A DNA stretch of 64,000 bases from Hypanus sabinus. Taxonomy: Eukaryota. The notes beneath the pieces are model-generated. The model was given only the letters and a program-made list of their open reading frames with translations, was not told the origin of the DNA and did not search any database. The stretch is from NCBI RefSeq assembly GCF_030144855.1, contig NC_082712.1, positions 65,286,001-65,350,000 on the forward strand, in the 5' to 3' direction. Numbering within the stretch: the first letter of the stretch is position 1; each line of letters opens with the position of its first letter. Positions 24,459 to 36,430 of the stretch are shown here, piece by piece. The position numbers and the translations under genes were made by a program.

Positions 24459-26958
24459 AATTTTTATTTTACTCTTTAATAGTCTTTAGCATTTATGATA
24501 TGTTTCTAATTAAATAATTTTTAAAAATATTTCTGATTTGTGTTAGTTTGGTTGGTTTTTAAGTATTTCTGTACTGGAGATATTTTAAGGAGTTCACGGG
24601 CCTTTGCAATCAGCCAACAGGGAGCTGTCAAAGGGAGTGATGCCAAGGCTGAGTAGTTAATCACTGGTATAGAGAGCAGATTTGTCAGCATGTAGAAAGG
24701 TAAGTGTTAGTGAGCAGAAACCGGTAGTGATTCACAGTAGTGAGGGAGGCTTAGAAGGATCTAGCCAAGTATTGTTCAACTGGCCTCTTTCTTCCAAAAT
24801 ATTTCTACGTATAAATTGCCATGAGGTTTTATAGAAGATTAGGATTAACTGAATATTGCATCAGGTCTACTGTGCAAAATCCTTTAAGCCAGTCTTTTAA
24901 ATGTCGATATAAAGTTTCACCCACCCACCATTGTACCTGCACCTAGAGATGTATTCTGGTGTTCATTCCTCTACCACCTTTTTCCTTCTTGCCCTTAATG
25001 CAGCCTTGATAATTACATGAAGTGTTAGCATTGGCTTAGTGCATGGCAAACACACAAGGAACAGAAAGTTTGGGATTCACATCCTACTTCAAAGCTTAAA
25101 TAATAAAAGCCTTGGCTGGCACTTGCATAGCCTATGTGGGAGAGTGCCCAACTGTTGCAGTTGCCACCTCCAGTTTAAGTTGTCTTATCTCAGCCTGGTT
25201 TACTCTTGCAGAGTGGATGTAAACGAGCCTCCGACATCATGGTGATGAAAAGCGGGGAAGTTATTCCAGGTGTATTTTCCAATAGTTATCCTCAATTAAT
25301 ATGGGTCAAATACACGTTCATCAGTGCATGTTATACACGGGAGCTTCCTGCGCACAATCTGCCTGCCATATTTCCAACTATGATCACAGAGCACCTTTCT
25401 CTGCCATTCCAGGACTTCTCAAAATTGTGTCCATGCATGATTTGAAGTGTAGGCTCTTTTGTAAAGCAGGAACTGGTTAAAATCCTGGTGGCGAAAATAT
25501 GTCCTGGTCTGTGCAGAAAGAGTAGGGGTGTGGGATAAATAACTGTTCCAGAAAGAAAGCAGAATCAATATTTTCCACTTCTTTACTGAGATTTCATAAC
25601 CTATTATGATTTCACGACAAGGTTCCTAGATCAGAGTTTGCACAGCATGTCTCCACTGTAGGGCATATAATTGGAATGTACCTGCTTAGTTCCATTCGAG
25701 TTCAATTAACTGCTCACTGTTGGAATTATCTCAGAATTTAAAAGAAAGTTTCATGGATGGCAAAAAAAAATTAGCCCTTTGGTTTAATGAGCTTATGCTT
25801 TGAGACTGTCATCGTTACTGGATCAATAACTATAGTGTCAGCTCAGTGATCTTGGAAGCTCAAGCTGTCAATCATTTTAAAATAGACCGTTCACAATACA
25901 AAGTCTGGAGAGGCTATAGTGAGTCATTTTCACTAATAGGTCGATGGGATTTAGAGACAATATTTGAGGAACAACGTTTTCATCTAATTATACCTGGTGA
26001 ATGACTACATCTAGAACATTTTGTGAAAAATATGGTATCTGTGCATTGTTAAACTCAGAATTGTGGAGAATTCTGCCACACAGGAACTCCGTAGATTCTC
26101 ACTGGAGTTCATATTTGCATAAATTTCCTCCTCTTATCCCTCATTATCCTAATCTGTTAGTGGTTTTCTTTCACCCTTGCCCGCTGATCCACTGACACAG
26201 TTTACCTTTCAATGTATCCGACAGATTTCTTTAACAAATGGGTCTGAAAGGAAGTGGAGCCTCAGCAGTGTTGTGGAGTTAAATGAGCAGGGAATGTGAA
26301 AAGAGTGCAGTTCATTGCAGGCCATGATGTGAGTGGGAGGCTTGCATTGTTTCATGCAGAGACTGTGATGTGTGACTGTTCCTCCATCACTTTCTGTTGC
26401 CTCAGGCCATCCCCTCTCCTGCTCTCATCCCCACCTCCTCCTGTCAATTATCAGCCTTACTCATTGCCACCTGGAGACAGTCTCTTGATTATGAACACAG
26501 TACACATTTAACTGGGATTCTTCAATGCACAAATGCAATTTGCTTCACACTTTAACAGCTTAATCACTGAATCTCAGCTGAGCCTTACACCTAGCGTTGT
26601 CATCCCTTTAAGGGTCAGTTTGAAGTATCTGGGAATTAAAGGCTAATATTTGTAACTCTGCTGCAGAAAATGCAAGGTTCAAAGTTCAAGATCAAAGCAC
26701 ATTTATTATCAAAGTATGTATACATTATATGACTTTATATTATACTATATGATATTATACTATACTATACTATATTATACGAGATTTGTCTCCTTAGAGG
26801 CAGCAACAAAAAAGAAACCCAAAAGATCTCATTAAGAAAAATAAACACCCAATTATGCAGAGAGAGTGAGAAAAAAATCAAATCGTGCAAAGAATAAAAG
26901 TAAGCAAATAGTATTTAGAATGAAAGTGAGTTCTCAGACATGAAGCTTGGAGCAGCCA

Positions 26959-27262
26959 GAGCAGGCCCACAGCGTCAGGTTCAGTTCAACACACAGCCGA
27001 GTTGGAGCCTGCAGACACAGAGCCCAGAGCAGGCCCACAACCTTAGCCTCAGTTCAGCACCCAGCGGAGTAACTATCATGGAGCTTGCAGACACAGAGCT
27101 CGGAGCAGACCCACAGCCTCAGGTTCAGTTCAACACACAGCCGAGTTGGAGCCTGCAGACACAGAGCCCAGAACAGGCCCACAGCCTCAGGTTCAGTTCA
27201 ACACACAGCCGAGTTGGAGCCTGCAGACACAGAGCCCAGAGCAGGCCCACAGCCTCAGCCTC
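26959..27262 (+). repeat. 68-bp tandem repeat, about 4.3 units
   Basis: Unit gagcaggcccacagcctcaggttcagttcaacacacagccgagttggagcctgcagacacagagccca starts at 26959, 27027 (76-bp variant), 27103, 27171 and 27239. Confidence 0.95.
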
Positions 27263-27699
27263 ATTGCAGTGAGGAGCAGAGTAAATGTCGTAGAGCAGCA
27301 CGCAGAACCGGCTCTCCCCTCACCTCTGGTCCCGACAGCCAGCCCTTTGAATCCATCCGGCCCATCATGATGAATGTAAAGGCATTAAATAAAAACAGCA
27401 TATAGTGACGATGATATTGCTGGTCAAAGTGGAGATGACAGGGTAAGTTTCCTGTCAATCATGCTAGGAGACTGCACTGCTGTTATTGAGCGAAATTGAT
27501 TCAACCTCACCCACATTCCTCACTCATCCTGGAAACCTCTGGATTGTGAAACATTCTCATTTCCTGTTGCTATTCAAGGCCATGACTTAAGGACATGACC
27601 GGCTCTGAAGTGACACAGATAGAGCTGAATAATAAATGATGCTTTTTGCCAGCAATGTCCACATTGTGAATGATTGGGGAGAAAAGCAAGGAAAGATTG

Positions 27700-28110
27700 T
27701 ATGGAACATCAAAGATTCGGAGCAATTGGAACAGTGATGGGGTGCTTGGAGAATGGACAGGTTTCCTCACGGAAGGCAGGGTGAGAAGAAATCTTGTGGC
27801 AGGGAAGGATCTGAGGGTTATTATAGATGTTTATGCAGCCTTATCTTTTGAGATGATATTGGTATGATCCGGGAAGAGAAGGGAAGGGTAAATGATGGAC
27901 CGTTTGAAAGTGGGTTTGGATGGAGATTGGCTGCAAAAGCGATGATATTTTCGAGGAAGCAGCACCAATGCAGTCGTCATTGTAATGGAAGAAGCGTTGG
28001 GTGAGGGGGCCTAAGCAGGACTGAAATGTAAACTGACAAAGGCAGCCATAACTTGGTTCCCTGCAAGCACTCATTGCTATGCCGTTGTCTTCTACTTTAG
28101 TTCCCCATCC
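27700..28110 (-). mobile_element. Penelope RT fragment (old)
   Basis: GIAMSACREPSYGCL...RFFHYNDDCIGAAS corresponds to the Penelope RT motifs GxAMG.xPSYACL...RYIDDCIGAAS. Confidence 0.75.
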
Positions 28111-28379
28111 TGGTTTTAAGAACATCTGTGAATCTTTTCCTTTGCCTCCCTTGTAATCTCTTCCTGTGACAGAGCTTGGAGTAAAGTATTTCTTTCAGGA
28201 GTTTACTGCGGGGCATGTGAATGACATGCCTGCCTGTTGGAGTTGGCTGAGATTAAATAGAATGTCAGTGTTGGTGATGTTGACCTGAGAAGTAATGATG
28301 ATGTTTGGTTGTTTCTCCTTTCACTGAATCTGGAGGACTTTGCAAATTCAGCTGATGGTATCTCTCCATTACTTTGAGA

Positions 28380-28990
28380 TCATAAGACTGTCAGATACAG
28401 GAGCAGAATTAGCCATTTGGCCCAACAAGCCTGCTCCACCATTTCATCATGGCTGATCCGTTTCCCTCTCAGACAGATAGACAGACATACTTTATTGATC
28501 CTGAGGGAAATTGGGTTTTGTTATAGCTGCACCAACCAAGAATAGTGAAGAAATATAGCAATATAAAGCCATAAATAATTAAATAATAAGTTAATCATGC
28601 CAAGTGGAAATAAGTCCAGGCCCAGCCTATTGGCACAGGGTATCTGACACTCCGTGGGAGGAGTTGTAAAGTTTGATGGCCACGGGTAGGGATGACTTCC
28701 TATGATGCTCAGTGTTACATCTCGGTGGAATGAGTCTCTGGCTGAATGTACTCCTGTGCCTAACCAGTATGTAATGGACTGCCCCAATCTCCTGCCTTCT
28801 CCCCAAATCCCTTCACTCATCATGAATCTATCAACCTCTGCCTTAGATATACCCAATGACTTGGCTTCTACATATTCACTATTCATTAGCTAAAGAAATT
28901 TCTTCTTATCTCCATTGTAAAAGAATGCCCCTCTACTCTGAAGCGGTGTCCTCTGGTCTTAGACTCCCCACCACAGGAAACATCCTATGT
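28380..28990 (-). mobile_element. CR1 3' fragment interrupted by a Rex1-type tail (28474-28785)
   Basis: ggagcagaattagccatttggccc...ccctctc | insert | ccccaatctcctgccttctcccc. Confidence 0.7.
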
Positions 28991-31194
28991 TACAAACACT
29001 TGTTGAATGGAGTCCACAACTCAGAAAAATACAGGAGGAAGGGGATCACTTCTAACTGGTGGACTATGACCTTTGTGCCAGTTCAAAGTCTTTCTCACAG
29101 TTGTTCCTCAATCCTACATTTCTTCCAAGTGGTATTTGTTGCATATAAAGTCCAACAGCAACCCAAAGAGAGCAATTCAGCCCCTTGGCAATGTTGGCTC
29201 TGTCACAAAATATCCAAGTACTGCTTTTGTCACCTTGGGATTTGATTAATCCAAATTTTGTCTTTATTGTAGCAGTAGGTTTGGGGAGGGGAGGGAGGTG
29301 CAAAGACTTTTATTTCTGGGTGTCAATGGCTTTGAAGATGAAAGGTAGGAGAGAAGGCGAGAAATGAATCAGAAGGACAGAACAGGTCAACATGGCTGGT
29401 TAGAGGTCGGAAAGATGCCTTGCTGAGGATGGACATCCAGCTGAGCCATTCAGCAGCACTCCAGAAGGCGAAAAATCAGACTTCAGTCTCCACTCTCCAC
29501 TAAACTGCTGCATCAAGCAGAAAAGTTGAAACAAGTGCAATGTGAAAATGAGCTCTCGGTTGTTGGTACCAAATGTGCAACACGGGGGCTGCAAGAGCTC
29601 AGTTCTACAGAAGCCCGTTTTCAGAGCACTGTCCATGGCTGCCACCAGCTGTGCGTCCAGCATGAAAAACCAATGGTAAATTTCCTGTAGAGTTCTGTGG
29701 CTCACCGGTTTGGTGATTTCACTGGTATTTCCAGAGCAAGTGAAACAAATTTCAACAGATGAATAAAGTGCAGCTGCAATTTTACTGCAGAAACATGCTG
29801 GGAGCTTCCTGTAATTCTATGTCAAATGAAAGGTTTACTGTGGAGATTGGCTGTCATGGTGTGGACACACATTTGCTCTGACACATCAAAGGGATGTAGG
29901 CTCTGCCTCATCCATTAGGCAGTGCACCTGACAAATGGAGCACTCAGTACTGCAGCTTAGGTTTCTGCAGTCAAGTTGCACAACAGGACTTGAACCTACA
30001 ACATTCAGATAGGGAGGTACAGGCACAATTCACTGAGCCATGAGTGATCCTGAACTAACCACGTCAAACTAATAAGGCCATCTCTTGAAGCGTGATGCTG
30101 ACCATTAGAAGGATAGAGTAGGTAAAGCATGGCCTGATTTATTACCAGGGGGCTGAATGAAGAGACTTTTCTTGTTGAAATATTGATTTCAGAGGAATCA
30201 GATAATCTAGGAAAGGAAAAATAACAAAAGAAAGCAAGCATGAATATCTTTGAGGCATGGAATGTTGAAAAGGTCCTTTTGTGGATGTTAAACCCTAGGT
30301 CAGTTCTTCAGTACTCTCTGTCAGTCTTCCTGTTTATCTGACTTTACCACTGTTACATATGCACATTTTACTTTTACTTTGCCAGCGGCAATCTCACTCT
30401 CTCTGACCTATACACACTGGTACTCACACCCATTCTCACACACTTCCCCTTTCTTCTTTCAGTGTCTTTCTTTCTCTTTCATACAGACAGACACACTTTG
30501 TCTTTCTCTTGTTCTTTGTCTTGTTTTCATTCTTTCTCACGCACACTAGCCCCATATTTAACTCGAACTCTCTCTCACTTGCTCCCTTTTGCTTCCTCTT
30601 GCCCCCTTTTCAGCTACGACTTTCATTCTTCTACTCTCACTGTCTCATGCTCTCATTCTCACTGTGTGAAGAATCTCGTTGAATTGCCTTTCAGATCCAA
30701 TTAATCTGTTCACCTCACTAGCCTTCCTTATAATTTATTTAACAGCTTTATTAAATTTTGGATGAAGAGAGGTTCTGCTTGACAACACACTTCCCTCACT
30801 TCCTCATTAGTACAAACAGTTGAAAATGTTTCTCAGACTTGGACAACCAAGATATTAAAGCTGGATTTATGTAATGATCATCTATGGCCAGCTGCCTCAA
30901 AGCACACCGCTGGAGAGAATCCTAAACTCCCTGTAAATTGTCATATGCCTGCCATATGTGTTAGAAACTGAAAGGAAATTTTGTTCTTACTTTAAATGAC
31001 TATACCACTTTGGTACCCCAGACATTCCCTGCTTTCATTATGGAATTTGGAAGGGAGAGTGAATGAGTGTAATGGGTGTCACATAAATGCAGGTGTAGCC
31101 ATCAGGTAAAGGGCAGTGAGAATTTATTTAACTTAAGTTATTCTTCACAGGTTATTGGTTTTAAGAAAACATCAATTTAACTAATTGATAAGTA

Positions 31195-31800
31195 GAGTCA
31201 TATAAAGGTACAGCACCGCAACAGGCCCTCAGGCCCATTTGGTCAATATCAAGCCATTTAAACTGCCTATTCCTATCGACCTGCACTGGGACCATAATCC
31301 TCCAAACCTATACCATCCATGTACCTATCAGATTTCTCTTAAACATTGAAAATGAGCTCCCATGCATCACTTGTGCTGGCAGCTTGTTCCACACTCTCAT
31401 GACCCTCTGAGTGAAGAAGTTTCCCCTCATATGCCCCTAAACTTTTCACCTTTCACCCTTAATCTTTGACCTCTAGTTATAATCCCACCAACCTCAGTGG
31501 AAAAAGCCTGTTTGCATTTACCATATCTACACCCCTCATAATTTTGTATACCTCTATCAAATCACCTCTCAATCTTCTGCGTTCCAAGGAATACAGTCCT
31601 AACCTATTCAATCTTTCCATAGAACTCAGTTCCTCCAAGCCCGGCAATATCCCTGTAAATTTTCTCCGTACTCTTTCAAACTTACTTACATCTTTCTTGT
31701 AGGTAGGTGGCCAAAACTGCACACAATACTCCACATTAGACCTCACCAATGCCTTATATAATTTCAACCCAATATCCCATCTTCTGTACTCAATGCTTCA
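31195..31800 (-). mobile_element. CR1 LINE 3' fragment
   Basis: LYKALVRSNVEYCVQFWPP...RRLRGDLIEVYKIMRG. Confidence 0.9.
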
Positions 31801-31804
31801 ATCT

Positions 31805-31806
<2 letters not shown>

Positions 31807-31888
<82 letters not shown>
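31807..31888. repeat. (GT)n(AT)n microsatellite
   Basis: Direct observation. Confidence 0.98.
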
Positions 31889-31889
<1 letters not shown>

Positions 31890-32970
31890 GAGGGAGAGAA
31901 TAGTTAAATTAAATAAGTAAATGGTGGAAAAAAAAAGTGAGGTAGAGTTCATGGGTTCAATGTCCATTCAGAAATCAAATGGCAGAGGGGAAAAAGCTGC
32001 TCCTGAATCATTAAATGTGTGCCTTCAGGCTTCTGTACCTCCTACCTGATGGTAGTAATGAGAAGAGGGCATGTCCTGGGTGATGTGGGTCCTTAATGAT
32101 GGATGGCATCTTTGTTTTGAGGCATTGCTCCTTGAAGGTGTCCCAGATACTACAGAGGCTAGAGCCCTTGATGGAGCAGACTAAGTTTACAACTCTCTGC
32201 AGTTTATTTCAATCCTGTGCAGTAGCACCCCCACCTCCCATACCAGACAGTGATGCAGCCTGTTAGAATGCTCTCCACAGTATATCTGTAGAAACTTGTG
32301 AGTGTCTTTGATGACATACCAAATCTCCTCAAACTCCTAATGAAATATAGACACTGTTGAGTCTTCTTTGTAACTGAATCAATATGCTGGGCCCAGAATA
32401 TATAATCAGAGATGTTGACACCCAGGAACTCGAAATTGCCCATTCTCTCCACTTCTGATGACTGGTGTGTGTTCCCTCATCTTACCCTTTCTGAAGTCCA
32501 CAATCAGTTCTTTGGTCTTACTGACACTGAGTGCAAGGTTGTTGCTGTAACACCACTCAACCAGCTGATACAATATATCTCACTTTTGTATGCTCTCTCA
32601 TCACCATCTGAAATTCTGCTAACAATAGTTGTGTCAGCAGCCAACTTAAAGGTGGCATTTGAGCTGTGCCTAGTCACACAGTCATGGGTGTACAAAGGCC
32701 CAGGTTTTGGAGCTTTTTGATCAGTACTGTAGGAATGATTGTGTTAAAAGCTGAACTGCAGTCAATAAACAGCATCCTGATATAAGTATCAGTATTGTTC
32801 AGGTGATCCAAGGCAGCATGAAGAGCCAATGAGGTCGCATCCACTGGAGACCTATTCCAGCGATAGGTATATCGTACTGGGTCCAAGTCCTTGCTGAGAC
32901 AGGAGTTAATTCTATCCATAACCAGCCTGTCAAAGCACTTCATCACTGTAGATGTCAGTGCTACTGGCTA
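31890..32970 (-). mobile_element. Rex1/Babar LINE RT fragment
   Basis: [35 protein letters not shown] and FYRYTVESILTGCITVWYG. Confidence 0.9.
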
Positions 32971-33689
32971 GCTGGGTGTAGAACTTGTTATTGAACAATC
33001 TAGCTGTATCCAATGATACAAACCAAAAGTAGAAAGGAACATGAGATTGGAAAGCTCAGGGCATGACTTCAGGATGTCCCATAAGCCAATTAAGCACTTC
33101 TAGAGCGGTCATTGTTGTAACACAGGAAACAAAACAGTCAATTCATACACAGCAAACGTCCACAAATAGTGTTGTGTCTTTTTTGAGGCTGATTGCTCGG
33201 AATACTGCGAAGGGCTATGGCCACAAGATCCACAAATCAAGTCTCAAGTTGACATGTCATCTGATAAATGGGATCCTAGAAATTCTACTGCAGAGGGCAA
33301 CATTTTGTTGTTCAACCTACCTGGATTCCTAAATCAGCCTAATCCCCACCCCTACTCCATCATCTGAAGCCAGATGATTTCCTCTGCTGACTGTTGTGGT
33401 GGGAGCTCGTGGATGGAAGGCTGGCTCAGGGAAAGGAGACTGGAAGGTAAATTATTGCCAGGCCAGTGTGAGACATTTGAGAAGGGCTAGTGAGCACTCA
33501 AACAAACATATTTCCAATGAAAGTAAAGGGGGAGCTTCCAAATCTAGATGGCCATGCTTTAAATTTAGTCAAAGGAAGTAGAAAAGAAATACTGAGATTT
33601 CACCACAACAGAAGCCCTGCAGAATTTCATCAGGGAGGAAGTTTCCAAGAAATTAAAGGGCACATAAATCCAAGGTGTTTATAAAGGCA

Positions 33690-34465
33690 TGAAGGAAGAG
33701 CATGGAAGATGAAGGTGGGGTCTGTAGGAAATTAAACATCAGTTTAATGGACAGAGTAAATGTGCAGACTATTTTATAAATTGGGAGTAAATTCAAAAAT
33801 CAGAGGTGGAAAGGGACTTGGAAGTCCGAGGGCAGGATTCCTTAAAGGTGAAATTACAGGTTGAATTAGTTGTAAGGAAGGCAAATGAGGTATTACCATT
33901 CATTCTGAGAGGACTTGAAAATAAAAGCAAGGATGTAATGCTGAGGATCTGTAAGACATTGCTCAAACCGCACATGGGAGTATTATGAGCAGTTTTGGAC
34001 CCCTTATCTAAGAAAGGATGTGCTGGAAGTGGAGAGCATCAGCTGAAGTTCTCAAGAACGATCCCAAGAATGAAAGGTTTAACATACAGTACGAGGAGCG
34101 TTTGATGGCTCTGGGCCTGTACTCGCTGGAGTTTAGAAGAATGAGGTGGGAGATCTCATTGAAATCTATTGAATATTGAAAGCCCTTGACAGAGTGGATG
34201 TAGAGAGGATGATTTCTATAGTGGGGAACTTTAAGACCAGAGGGCACAGCCTCAGAAAAAAGAACATCCCGTTAGAACAGAGGTGAGGTGGAATTTAAAG
34301 CAGAGATTGATAGCTTCTTGATTAGTAAGCATGTTAAAGGTTACAGACAGAAGGTAGGAGAATGGAGTTGAGAGGTAGATTAATTAATAAATCAGGCATG
34401 ATGCAATTGACAGAGTAGACTCAAAGGACTGAAGAGCCTAATTTCACTCCTCTGTCGTGTGGACT
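33690..34465 (+). mobile_element. CR1 LINE 3' fragment
   Basis: ERDLEV...VVRKANEVLPFILRGLENKSKDVMLR. Confidence 0.85.
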
Positions 34466-35079
34466 TATGATTGTGTAGAGGTGTTCTTGTGGAAGAGGTG
34501 ACTGATGTTAGGGAAAAAGATATGGCATTTTGTAAAGGATATACATAGAAAATGAGGATATATTACAGGGTGCAGATACAGTTTATTTAAAGTGGACAAC
34601 TCACCTGGATCAGGTAAAATATACCTGTGCTTTTGATAAAAAGTAAGGGAGGAAATGCTACAGGTTCTCATAGCTTATTGGTTGGAACTATCATATCAAA
34701 GGAGTGGAAAACAGTTAAAGTGATACTGGAGCTAGATTGCGTAAACACAGGCTAATCATTTACATGTTTGTAGTGGACAAATCATTGGAAGACTTCCTGA
34801 TATCATTCAGTGATTTGAAGTGCACAAAGTATGCAACGCCAGGGCTTTATATACAATAGAATTTCACCCACATCCCACACCCCCAACAAGCCCACCTCAC
34901 AGCTCCCATTTAGTATATCAGTTTAGGCAACTCACAGGTTTCTATCTAGGCCCTCTAACAGTTTAACACATCCTAATAATGCTGCTTTTACTGGCTCAGC
35001 TCTTCAGTGAGGCTTGACCTTAAGGCCTTAAGGGTCAGAAGACAGGAGTGACACCCATCCAGAAAAAGCGGACATAATA

Positions 35080-35610
35080 CCACAAGGCATAGTTAGGCCA
35101 TTCAGCTCATTGAGTCTGCTCTACCATTTCATTATTGCTGACCCATTTTCCCCTCAACCCCATTTTCCTGCCCTCCTTTCACGCCCTGACTAACCAAGAA
35201 CCTATCAACCTCTGCCTTAAATATCCCCAATGACTTGGCCTCCACAGCCGCCTATGGCAATGAATTCCTCAGATTCACCACACTCTGGCTAAAGAATTTC
35301 CTCCTCATCTCTGTTCTAAATGGACTTCCCTCTGTTCTGAGGCTGCGTCCTCTGGTCCTAGACTCCCACACCAAAGGAAACATCCTCTCCACATCCACTC
35401 TATTTAGGCCTTTCAACATTTGTTTCAATAAGAACTCCCCCCCCCCTCTGCCCCCCACACACATTTCCACTGAGTGAAGGCTCAGAGCCATCTTCGCTCC
35501 ACATATAATAGGCCTTTCATTCCTGGAATCACACTGTTGAACCTCCTCTGACCCCTCTTCAACGTCAGTACATCTTCTCTTAAATATATGACCCAAAACT
35601 GCTCACAATT
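35080..35610 (-). mobile_element. CR1 LINE 3' fragment
   Basis: LNRVDVERMFPLVWESRTRG...FFSQSVVNLRNSLP. Confidence 0.85.
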
Positions 35611-36430
35611 TTCCATGCGCTTTACAGACATGAGGGCTAAAGGACACGATCATCATTTACATTTACAGTCTGGTATTATATCATACCATATTTTCTTCTG
35701 TGCAAATGAAATGAAGCCAAATGTCATTTCTCAAGCTAAAAAAAATCTCCGGAACCCATTTTTCTCAAAAGCAAGTCACCTTTTGAATCAGTAAGATTTA
35801 AAATCAGGAATTCAAAGCTTTTCTGAGCAGAATTGTTGCAGTTACCTCAATATTAATTTAGATTAATTGAGACATAATATATCCAAATGCCTTCACGGTA
35901 AATTTACATACTGGTTTGTATGCTTCATCAAAAGATTTTTATGAGTAATGACTCTTCTGCTTAATTCTATTTTCAGCTGGGTAAGAAATTGAGAACTGGA
36001 TTATTGGTGGTGCAGCTGGTGGTATCTGCTCTGTTGATCGCATTCTTATCCCAGGAGAGAGTTAAGGATTTAGTTAGGATTGGGATCTAAAAATATGATG
36101 CTTCAGTGCAGTGCTTGAGGGTGCTTTTGGATGTGATGTTAATGCAAGGTGCTCTGCATCGTCTCAGATGTAGAGATTCCATGGTATTAAATCCCCCAGG
36201 GATACTGGCCCATTCTTATCTCTCTTCACCATCATTAAATCAGGTTTTCAGTGCATCACGTTTTATAGGATCCTGCATTGCACACCTCCGTTGCTGCATT
36301 TCTCTGCTTATGAAGGTGTTTCACATGAGTCTGACATCCCAAGGCCAAGATACAAATTTTTTCTTTTAAGGGCCATAGTCTTGCATCTTATTTGTCTGCC
36401 TGCACTGCACTTTCTCTGTAACTATAACAC

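Noticed and set aside
25240-25290. Possible upstream PLPPR1 coding exon (atggtgatgaaaagcggggaagttattcc...)
   Set aside because: Does not encode the expected SIIPCFIFVE motif and has no suitable phase-0 donor.
29623-29645. REST/RE1-like site (agcactgtccatggctgcc)
   Set aside because: Only one half-site matches; the TGCTGAA half is absent.
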